From assembly GCA_040954595.2 (NCBI GenBank), contig CM082580.2, forward strand, positions 3,462,783 to 3,526,782: a stretch of DNA of 64,000 nt, read 5' to 3'. Source of the stretch: Balanoglossus misakiensis. Taxonomy: Eukaryota > Animalia > Hemichordata. The notes under the pieces were generated by a model. That model was not told where the DNA came from. It made no database searches and saw nothing but the letters and a program-made list of their open reading frames with translations. Below are positions 12,289-23,800 of this stretch, one piece after another; positions within the stretch are counted from its first letter, which is position 1; each line of letters begins with the position of its first letter. The translations under genes were made by a program, and so were the position numbers.

Positions 12289-14504
12289 GGTAACAGGTCA
12301 CTTCGACCCCTGGCCATTTAGACCCCAGTGATTCACACCTCTTTGTGGTCACCTCTACCCCTGTGGCCAAGTCACTTCGATCCCTATGTCTAACCCTTTT
12401 CTCACGTGCCGTCAACGCCGCCCCAGCGGCGGCGCTAGGGCGGCGTTAATTTGTAAGTGCCACGTGTGAAAAGGTGAGAGCGGCCCTGCGCCGCTCTTTT
12501 TTTGTGACGGTGTTGAGGGGTGGGACCTGGGTCGGGGCGCCGCACTAAACAGCGATTCAAATCACGTGTGAACAGAAACACCGCACTAAACGCCGATCTA
12601 AACGCACTCTTCCGACGCGGTTTGAGGGGATACAAGTGGCAGTTTCTAATGAGCTTGCATGTAAAATTACCCCTCTGAAAAGAGCGATGTTTAGCACCTT
12701 GCTTAGTCAACGGTCAATTTGCCTTGTTGCTGATGGTCATCAGTAAAATGAGGAGCCCCAAAACCTACAGGCAAAGCCTTGAGGTAGTCGGAACTTACTG
12801 CAGCTGGGGCTCTGCTGAAAAAATTGAGACGCCCAGTGGAAGTGGTAGTGAAACTTGTAGCAAAGTTCACGGTGATAATTGCTAGGCAACTAGGTCTTGC
12901 CATTGTCTGGCTAAAAATACATCCCTGTGCGTGAATAAATTAAAAACGTCTTTGTCCCAAGGGACCAACTCAAAGCCACATCCCGGTATGCTTTTACTAC
13001 TAGCATGGAGTCATGCTACTAGTATATTACGCACTGGTTTCAAAGCTGTAAGACTCACAGGCGGTACCGTAGAAGCGCTTATACTTATAGGATGACTGTA
13101 CAAAAACTGGAAAAGTGTGGATTTTCTCGGATCTTCCATTTATTTGATGTGGAACAACAAATGGGACAAGTGGCGAAATGTGTCCTTGATTTTCAATCGC
13201 ACCATGAAGCCTATTTGAACCTAATTTGCATAAATGTCCGAGTGCGGTGATCCCGTCCCTTTTATACACATGTGAATGCAAAACTATTTGAGTCGCTGAT
13301 AAGAAATGTTTACCAACTTTTATAATCCAAAAAAGGGCGACCTAATCATTGCACGTGTGCAAGCGACTTCTGATTATTTCATAGGTCTGTAACGATACTT
13401 AGGAACGATATTTGCCTCTGAATAACAGTCACTTGACCGGTAAATATGTGTTCCTGTAATGCGTACTATTCACGATAAAGCTGCGAGAACTTGTGATTCG
13501 CTACCCAATCTCACGATTCTCTACCCTATCTCTATCTATTGATTTACGTTTGGGGTGTCATTTTTTAACTTCATACGCAAAAATCGCATGTGTAGTGCCT
13601 CACACCGGAGCCCTGGAAAACTCTGCAAATATTTAGCGCATCAAACCATGGAGGTACTAGAGAGAAGGAGCGAGGACGGATTTAAGCGGATTAAATCCCT
13701 TTCTTTTGAAGTGTGATAAGCTTCTTAAGTCTTTGTGTTTCTGTGTTGATAGCGTCCTTTGAACCCACTGTGTGTTGCCGTCGATTTTACAGTTAGGTTT
13801 GCAAGATCTACGGGGTAAAATTTCTATGATATTAAAAACACTATGCGCACATCGCGGACGAGCATACTACATATGCGTGGTGACTTTTATTTACATCTAG
13901 AGGTCAAGTTTACGCATAACCACTACCGGAAACGTGTCAGGCGGACGTCTTGGAAGACTTGTGGCGTTATTTTTCTTCTTTGTACAACCAAAAAGTATGA
14001 TTTTGAAATGAATATTTTGAGTTTTTCACAAACTTCCGCAAAAAACAATAAGTTCTTAGGTTTTCTTTGAAAACCAATCTTCCCGATGCAAGTATTTTTG
14101 TTCGCGTGGGATGGTGTGGGATGCCCGATACTCACCATTGTAATTGCCAGCGCGGAGACGTTCGGCACAGCAGTTTGGTCCGGTTGTTTATGCTTTGTAA
14201 ATCATGGAGACGCTACGCCAGCTATAATTTGTTTATCTACGCAAGCGTACAGCTTTTATAAACGCCTATCAGGTGATAAAAGGTTGAGAGCCTAATGTTA
14301 TCTGCAAACAGATTAAGACGCACATGGGGTTCATAGAAAACAATAGCGTCCTCGCTCCTTCTCTCTAGTACCTCCATGATCAAACGAACCTGATAACACA
14401 TTCACGCCACTAAGTTTGTCTCCTTAACGAATGCATTTATAGGGGTCGAAGTGACTTCAGGTGTCGGGGGTCGGAACGGCCAGGGGTCGAAGTGACTAGA
14501 AACC
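12289..14504. mobile_element. non-autonomous Mutator/MuDR-like element, 9-bp TSD CTACAGTAT
   Basis: GGTAACAGGTCACTTCGACCCCTGGCC..GGCCAGGGGTCGAAGTGACTAGAAACC with subterminal GTCACTTCGACCCC repeats; TSD at 12280-12288 and 14505-14513. Confidence 0.87.
13647..14378. mobile_element. P-element-like MITE nested in the Mutator-like element, 32-bp TIR, 7-bp TSD ATCAAAC
   Basis: CATGGAGGTACTAGAGAGAAGGAGCGAGGACG is a perfect inverted pair; CAT..ATG ends; TSD on both flanks. Confidence 0.88.
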
Positions 14505-17018
14505 CTACAGTATCATCACTTTAAACTTGCAACGAACCTGAAATTGATATAGTATTCCACCTTTGTCAATATTCGCTTTTTCAGACCTGCACTCCTTACA
14601 ACCAGCCACTCTATATCGATGTCTTGAGTTTATGTCTGTGGTCCACGGAAACAACTAACATTCACTGATGCCCTGACCATACATGTATGTCAATGCCCAA
14701 GAGTGTTTGTTAACAATATGCTGTATAACACCACACCAAACTCCATGTGTTTATGGAAAGGAATGACAACTTGTAGCACAGTGGTAGTACTTGGAAATAA
14801 TTGTAACATGATTACATCGTTTTTTTTTCACCCTTGCTACCGGTGCTTTTACAATTTTCAGAAAGTGAGATTTGAATTAGAATTCAAAACATATTCAAAA
14901 ACATTGAACCAGGTTATAGAAATCTGTGAAAACCCCTGACTACATGTATGACAAATGTGACTATTTTACACGTGGAGCCAATTTTCATGTCAACATCTCT
15001 GTTCAAAATTTGATTGCTCCTACAAATTTGGTATATGTTGGTGAATGGCTTGCGTTGCTGTTGCGGGGTGCTTTCTGAACTATGATTATCGCGGGTACAA
15101 ATCACCTTTATTTTCTCAGAGACATCGTTTGCGACATTGGCGAAAGAAAGGTGAAAATGTGCGTCATTTTTTGGGGCACATTTTGGTGAGGTCAAATGTG
15201 CTCCGAAGTACATGTAAACAGTTCCTGGCAGACAATGCGCCACCAGAGAATGGTAAAGTCCAAGGGGCAGTTCAATCCGAAATAACCTACAAAGCCATTG
15301 AAGTTATTACTTTAGTGACTTACCAATGTAGAAGACAGCATACCCGGGCGACAATCTCTCACAGCATGCACGGACGCCATCTTTACGCGAAGTATCGACT
15401 ACGCATGCGCAATACTTTGCGCGTTCTTTTGCCAAGGCGCGCGGGCAGATGGTCTCCCCTCTCTATGCACGCTATGGCTAGACTATAGAGAAAATGACTT
15501 GCAAGTGCACGATAATTTATTTGTGAAAAATACCAGTGGTACATTCGTTACCAAAGTTTGAAAACTTACAATGGTCACACTTCGGTAAACATTTCAAATA
15601 AGTACTTTTTATCTATTTAGAACCATCGTATGGGGAAAATAAGAAAACAGGTCTGGGCCTTTTTTGCCTGGACGACGAGTCGTGTGACGGATACCAAGTC
15701 GATTTGCGTTTTGTCATTGACGAGGGTGTCAGATATTCACTCTTGTTGAGAGAGCGAGTTTATAGCGAAGAAGTTTATCGACTGGACTTTCTGTGCGCCA
15801 ACACAGTTGTATTTGTGTGTGGGCAACACCACTATCGAGTATCGATCGTGCAACTTTTGGATGGATGACTGTTTTTCTAGCGCTGTGATTTATCTTACGG
15901 CCTGGAATACCTGCTTTCGTTACCATGGTGTTGTGGATAAAACGTTCAGCAATGAGAAATATCCCTTCACAAATAAATCATAATATTGCCCTTCTCACTG
16001 ATATTATGGGGGCCAGGTTGAGTACAGATGGTACAAATGGCTGGCGGTCAAAGATCACTGTTAGTATAATAAGCACATTCTAATTAACTTAGAACTAATA
16101 TTTAACTCCAAAAATTCATAAGCTATTGATTGCGTGCCTCAGCAACAGACGCTATTTTGGCACATCATTTCAGTTTGAGCAACAGATTATAGCTTTGCTC
16201 ATTGTTGAAGTTTCCCCACTCTGACCTATCTGACAAGTAAAAATGAAATGCCCTGTTATCATTGTTAATCTTGATTATCAGGCATCTCCCATGAAGCAAA
16301 AAGAAAAAAAAAACTGTTCAAAGGTGGCCACGCATCACTAACAGACCGTCACAGCAAATAGTTGATTCACCATCTGATGAATGCTTTAGAGCACAAAACT
16401 ACACTTTGCCATGTCTTAGGTTCTATTCAAATGTACTTTAATAGTATGCTGTACTGCTCTCTAGTTTTTTTTTTATTTCACCAAGACTTTGTTATACTTG
16501 TATGGTAAGTTATCTGTTTTGGAATTAGTGCCTGTATACTATTAAAAGCAGCATGCCTTTCACCGAAATCTCCAGACATTACTTTGTGTTGAATGTGACT
16601 TGGTGTCAAAAAAATGCTGTCAATCAATCTTGACCATGTCAACGAAAGGCCTGAGGCTTTTGCAGTGATGAGGGCATTTGCAAGGCACACTAGCTCAAAC
16701 CCACTTAAGAATCTTTAAGAAGACAAGAATGCCGAGCGACTAGTGGGCTAGTCTGTGGTAGGACTCGGAGGAACGATTTGACATTTTTTGGCCTTATAGT
16801 CAACGTCATGTAGTAGCATTTGAGCCACTGTAGCCCAATACCTGTCCTTGCTGACCTATGATGTAATTTGGGAGTTTTCTTCTTGAGCAGGTCATAAGGC
16901 TTAAGAAATGTTTAAAGGCCTTGAAAACTGCTTAAAGTAGAAGATGGATATAAGAGACCCTTTGATAGAGTATTATTGGGCTGCAATAAACACAGCATTC
17001 ATAAAGTTTATCATTAAT

Positions 17019-17024
17019 TTTATT
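17019..17024 (-). promoter_or_regulatory. candidate polyadenylation signal of the MAM/LDLa gene
   Basis: AATAAA on the minus strand about 720 nt after the stop codon, in an AT-rich UTR-like stretch. Confidence 0.4.
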
Positions 17025-17745
17025 CAGTACTGGTCAGTGTGAACCACGTTTATAAAAAATTGCCAGAACAACAAAGTGTAATACATGTACTTAAAAGCTT
17101 ACCTACAGAACTGAGATTAATAATTCCAATCACTGAAAAGTACTAATACAGACAAAAACTGAAGTTCAATGAATGAATTCATAGCTTCCTATGATAATGA
17201 AACTGAAACACACAGTAAAATTTCCACCTCATGTTTGAAACTAATGTAAATACAATTGCATTGGATGTGTTTCATTTCATGGGCAATTGGGCATACAAAT
17301 TCAGTCAACAATTTTCACTCTGATAGAACATTAAGGATTTAATTTTGTAAGAACAGGACTAAGACTTTGAATAATATAGGTGCTATTTTAGCGACATGAA
17401 TATAAAAATTGCATGATATCAGCAGTTTATCATAAGGATTTTCATTATTAAATACATTTCATAGCTTTCATAGAAAGGAATCAGGACATATGCCATGTTT
17501 CATTGAAATGTAATTTCTCTGTTCTAATAAAAAAGTTAGAGAGCTCAGCACATTATAGACTGAAAGTTATCAAAGGCATGAAGACAATTTTCATAATTAC
17601 AGTAATTATAGCCATTTGACATTTTCATTGTATATGTTGATATGTAAGATGTGTTATTGCCATGTAGTAAATCTCTTATTTGGCTCAAGACATTGAGGCT
17701 TATTATAATTATTGCACGACCCAAACCAGTATATGTAAACGGGCA

Positions 17746-17850
17746 CTATGCTTTTGATGATTCTGGACTGTATTCAAGTTCTTCAGTTGCTGCTTCTGTG
17801 TCGGCATCTATATACAGTGGGTTGTCCAGTGCTAATGGGTCTTTATGTGA
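17746..17850 (-). CDS. last coding exon, NPxY endocytic motif
   Basis: [34 protein letters not shown]. Confidence 0.87.
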   Translation of the reverse strand, partial: SHKDPLALDNPLYIDADTEAATEELEYSPESSKA

Positions 17851-20800
17851 CTACAAGAAAACATACATTAAAGGGCCATTAGCTGTATTCTTTGGCTTTA
17901 TTTCCAGTATTTTCGTTGTGTGTATCACACGCAATTTCTTGTTCTACTTCAAACAGAATGCCAACATTCCCAGTACTCCACTTGTTAACAAATCCGGTAT
18001 GTGTGTAATGTCTATTGTTATTGTTTACAAATTAATTTCAATCCGGACTTGAATTATGCTAAGACTGAAATAGAAATAGTCATACTTGATCATTTGCATA
18101 TCATACAGGCTTGTAATGGAGTAATGGGATTGGGGGAGTAATGGGATGGTTTCACATTTTGATAATTTGCTAAACATTTCACATGATGAAACTGACGTAA
18201 ATGTTTCTCCTTACCGAAAACATGCCTGAGTCCATTCCTCCCTCATCAAACTGTAAAATGAATTGAAAAGAAAAAGCGTTAGAGCTTGGATAAATACATG
18301 AATAAATACATGTATACAATACTATAAAACACTTTATTTTCGCGAGTACAAATTTTCGCATTCTCTTGTTTCATTCACTGCATCGTTATCTTCAAAACAA
18401 ATTTACGCGACTTTTTATTTTCACGCTATTTTGGCTCTCGCATATTTCGCGAAAATTTATTGCTCGTGAAAATAAAGTGTTTTACAGTATATGTAGCTTA
18501 GGGTGAAAACTGTACTGATTTATCACATATAATGAGCAGAGTTTCAAGGCCCACAGCAAGATGTAGTCGACAGGGAATTTTTAAATCAAAATTTCCACTG
18601 TTGGGGCACCTTTGAGCCCTTTTTCAATAATTTGATTGACTTTGTAGCACGAACATCGACAGTAGAGAGACTGGCCTTGTGGCTGCAGTCAATGAGATTC
18701 AGTTTGCAGAATTTCAGAGAATATGAATATTGAGCTTAACCCTCTGAACGCCACATTTTTTCGCTGTCAAAATGTCATGCAACATTTGTATCATTTTCAC
18801 GCATTTTCTTCTATTTCCCCCCTTAATTCTAGACCACATAGACATAATTTTCCATTTTCTGTTGGTCTTGATCAAAATTTTAGAAAAGAAGGTGGTAAGA
18901 AGTTATGAGGTTAATTTTGTGAAAAATGGCAACAGATTGACTATGGCATTGAAAGGGTTAATGCTATTTTTGTGGCCTATGGGAAATGAATTACCTTTTT
19001 TTGCCATGTGATGTGGCGAGAGCAATACCAGGTTTGTTGGTAAGCTACGCCATGCAAGGTACAGGGCAATGTGAGCCATGAATGATTAGTGTAATTAAGT
19101 AAGGTGAACAGGCAGCCAAGTGTGATATAGAGTCAGTCAAGTATCAGGTGTGGCATGATACCCAGAATTTTAACATCTTCAACTTTTGTTCATTCTTTGT
19201 TGAAACAAACAGTACAAACTCTCTTCTGAAATCAGGGGTCATATTCAAGCCTCTTTCAAAGTCCAGTCCTTTGCAGGAGTTTTTATCTTGCCATTTTCAC
19301 AAAGTGTTTGAATTAAACAATGCAATTTTCCAAGTTCCAGTTGATGATGGCACAGCTGGCTCAATCAATGCTCTCGTAATTTAATTTAATTTAATTTAAT
19401 TCAAGTCTGGTGTGATTTTCATTTTCCCAGGCCATTCAAGGCACTGTCCTGGATTGTATGCATGAACTCTGTACCATGCATTGTTTAGAGCTCTGTTAGT
19501 GAATCACCAATATTCTAAAATTCAAAGAGACTGACGACATCTAACTCTGTTGTTTTTTGAAACAAGAAAAATAATTGCACGCGCTAGGATAGAATAGGAG
19601 TTTGCTTAAACAAAAGTACAGGACAAAACAGTTGAGTCGAAGTTTTCTTGGTAATAGAACTCACATCAGTATCCATTTGATAACCAAATGCAGGGTTGTC
19701 CATGGTAGATGAATAAACCCCATCAGAGAATAAGTATGGGCTGCTGGACCTACATGTCATGTGTAATAATTAAATCAGTAAATTATCATCAAATTGGTTG
19801 CCACGGAAACAAAGTCAGCCATATTGCAAAAACAGCATTCAGAATTGGATCTAAGACATTCATTTCTAAAAAAAGAGTTCATTTGTAATTTAAGTGAGGC
19901 CACAGATAACCAGAAATGATGGCTCAGACCTGAATCTCTCAACTGCATCTTTTTGAAGTCTCTGAATCTGAAATGCTGTGATGAAAATTTGGCTGACTCT
20001 GTCACGTGTGAAAGCTGTAACAAATTGCTTACATCGCTTGAAGTCGCATTATAGGTACCATAGTCAAGATAGTCACCAAATTCATCCATAGAAAATGCTA
20101 CCGGGGTATCAGCAAAACGTCTGCACAAGGTAACAAAGATGTAGTGAATTCCTAACGCAAAAACTTTTAAAAATGTAGTTGCTATAATACTAATAGAATC
20201 ATTCCTTTGTTGGCTGAAGTCGGCCATGCGTAGCGAGTATGAGGCTTTGGGAAACAACTGCCCCAACACACACAAACACATTACATACACTTCACAAACA
20301 ATACCTATTACCATAATTACAACTAAACCACAGCTTTCCCAATGCATCAAGATTAAACCATTGAATGTTAGATTCCACAGTATAGCAATGAAAGCATTAC
20401 TCACTTTGGTGATTTTCTTCGGTAATAGATATAGGCTCCAATGATGATAACTATGAGAGCTATTGCTATCAATATTATCAGTAGAATCCATCCAAGCCCT
20501 GTCGGAACAGCAAGAAATTGTACCATATAAACATTTCTACCAGCATATGTCTCAGTTGAATGGCATATGAACATACCTTTGCACTGGCAAAGATGCACCA
20601 AAGATGATGAAACTGCTACATTATACAGCATAGTATGACATAGTAATGTTGTCCTTCGGCCATGTATGAACAAAATTAATTCTAGATCTGGCGTACATGT
20701 ATTTGGGTATTAGACCAGAACATGTAATCCTAAATTTGCAACAAAATGCCCATTCCAAGCCAATGGAAATTGATGTGCATTTGTCCTGACACAGCAAACT

Positions 20801-23800
20801 ATCGCTGTGTGAAGATTGAAAGAAATAAGTTCATACAATTAAGTCATAATGTCTTAGGTGACAAATTGTGCACTGCCATATCGGGAAGTAATACGATACA
20901 AATTATGTGCATATGTATGCCATAGTACACTGTCATTGAACCAAGTTTTAATAAATTGGGTTAAGGAACGTTTCGGCTGTGGCTGCAAATAGAGATTTAT
21001 CTGGAAGTCTCCTTGGACAACCCACATATCTGAGGGATGAATTTCTTAAAGGGACAAAGTCTCTCTCTTGCTGCCCTTTTCTCATTAATTATGTTTGATA
21101 CAAGACACCATTTATGTTATTCAACATGTGGATATATACTGAATAAACGTTCGGCCACACACAACTTCCATCCCGTTTGTAGGATATGAGAGTAAAAATC
21201 TCGCCAAAATGAATAATCGGTCTCTACCATTTATTCATTTGGGCAAGTTTTTCACTCTGAAAAAGGGGCAGCGAGAGAGACACTTTGTCCCTCTAATCAT
21301 CATTGTCTAGCAAATTTCATACAAACCTCCACTTTCACCAGGTTCAGTAGCACCTAAGCCATCTGCAATGTAACAAAAAAGAATAAAAGAATATATATAT
21401 TTTCTCAAAGATGCTAACTGAAAATGCAGTTATAAATCCTTTTGTTAAAACAACATGAGTTTGAAGTAATGCTGTACATGTAACATTTTTCTACGTAGAT
21501 TTAGAATTGAAAATTATACCTGTCATCACTTTTACATTCAATTGTGTACTAAATCACAAGTCTGTGATAATATGAAAATGTGCACGTAACTGTGTCACTG
21601 TTTTTCATCAACTGTTTGACGTGATGGAATATTCAATCTGTACTTACTACACGAATCTCTGAGATCATCTTCATCGTAGCAGTCTGAAGGACAGTCTATT
21701 TCACCATCATTCACAAGCCGATCACCGATACAGATACGATCAGCTGGACAGTAGAATTCATTTTCACCGCATGGTCCTCCAGGCGCAACAGAATCTACAA
21801 ATCAAAGACCAATGAAAACAATACGCCCATTGAGAATCTCGCAGATGTGCTCTGTTCACTGTGTATACCAGAAGTGCGTCTTTTGGATACTGTAAAACTG
21901 GTTATTTTCGTGACAGGAAATTTTCAGGATATCAAAAGAGGCAACTGTTACGCAAGGATTAATATTTGCGTTCTCTTACAGTAAAACCTGTCAAAACCGG
22001 ACCCTGGTAAAACCGGACCACTGTCCATACCGAACGATTTTTTCAGTCCCTGCCCACTCCCATAGACGCCCTGTGTTAAAAAACCTCTGCAGACCGGCCA
22101 CTGTCTACTGTGGAAACCGGACGGGATTTCGAGCGAAAACCGGACGGAACGACTGTTTGAAGACGGCATCTTTTCAAGTTTCTTTGTTTTTGCTACATTA
22201 AAGATATGATGAATCACTGTCTTTTGTCTTTGAGTTTTGTTTTGACCAATTTAACAAGCAATCAACGGCGTGGAGCTGTCACTCAAGCAAGGCGTGAACG
22301 CATTCTATTGTTCGACTCGTTTGTCGCATATTTTTGACAAGTGGAGTGTCACCGCAGTAATGAGCTCTGTTGTCGGCTGATCAAACATAACGTTTCCCCG
22401 TGTCATTTTTTTCGGACGGTCAAAGCTATGAAGGCACATTCAATCAGAGCGATGTATACGAGCGCGTCTGTCCTGGCTAGCAACGGAGTCGTACGATCGT
22501 CTGCCGCGCGCGCTGGGCCGGGCGCGTGCGGTTGTAGATTGCTCCATCACTTCCGCGTTCGGCGGCGCTAGTGCGTTCGCTCGCATATTTTGCGAGTCCA
22601 GCTGTAGCTAGGCCGTTCGTGAGTGTAGTTCTCGTTCACATAAAAAAAAAGGAAAAATATTTATTGTGTATTCGTTTAGACCTATGCTAAATTATCCATA
22701 CACTTTATTGTTCCATGACGCCCGTGGTCGTACGTGCGTATGTATGTATACGGTCGATGTGTGAAACACGGCCGGATCGGAAAACTTTTGACCACGCCCA
22801 CCCCTCCAAACCGGACCACTGTTCAAACCGGACAGATTTCTCAGTCCCCCCAGAGTCCGGTTTTGACAGGTTTTAATGTATTTTATTTACTGCATCGTAT
22901 CTTCAAAAAACATTTTACATGTGCAATTTGAACACGCTATGTATTAAACAGGTGCCGCACCGATTTAATCAGCCTCCATACAAACAGTACGCACCTATCG
23001 TGGTATGCATTGCCAAAAGATGACAAACTGATGCAAATGCAAGTATTATATGGCTTAATGGTGAGGATTTTAGAGGATAGGGAATATATTTGAAGTATTT
23101 TACTGTGGAACAAAAATGTACGAAATTTGGCAGCTATAGAGGCTTTAAAGATTTTGTTTGCCGGATACATAATGTGCATAATTGAGGAGAAGAAAGGACA
23201 TGCTTTCAAGGAGGATTGGTTTTCTGACACTCGTGCTATTTTCACTCACCTGGATCCAGACAGCCAGCTGTAAAGGTGACATCGTCGATAGCAATGTCAG
23301 AACCATCATCTGATCCGACGGTAGCTTCAAAGACCACACTATATTCATATGGATTGCTCACAATCACATTGCCATAATTCCATTGGTCACCCATATTGCC
23401 AGATCTTGCCCACATAAACAACACTTGACTGCCATATGTCGTTGACTGAGTATACACCTGTGGTGTGGTGTGGAAAGGTGGGGGCAAAAACAATAATTTG
23501 CTGAATGTTTATAATGCTTTCTAAAAAATGTTTATCGTTCGCAAATTTGTTTCATGACCTTGATGTCAAATCACACAAGACTAGATGATAAATAACTGAA
23601 TACAAGTTTGAGTTTGCTTTCTCTCAGACTGCAATAAAAGTATTGTAATTATCTAGACTGAATATATGTCCAGAATTTAGTTACCATCATAACTCTTTAA
23701 ATCTTTAGGAAAATAGGAAATTGCTATTTTTTAGGGTGGTTGTAATTTCCAGAGTTGTCAATTTTACCATTTAATTTTTTGTTACTTTCAAGCTATGGTT

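Noticed and set aside
11356-15926. ORFs of 60-147 aa as transposases or host genes
   Set aside because: No DDE, THAP, YR or other recognisable motifs; several lie inside non-autonomous elements.
20195-20257. Possible third alternative acceptor (GGGGCAG) after the TM exon
   Set aside because: Poor pyrimidine tract, no donor, early stop; not supportable without reads.
19775-20491. 238-aa minus-strand ORF, the longest in the track
   Set aside because: It overlaps the TM exon out of frame and runs through intron sequence; only 20033-20120 has splice sites and a plausible peptide.
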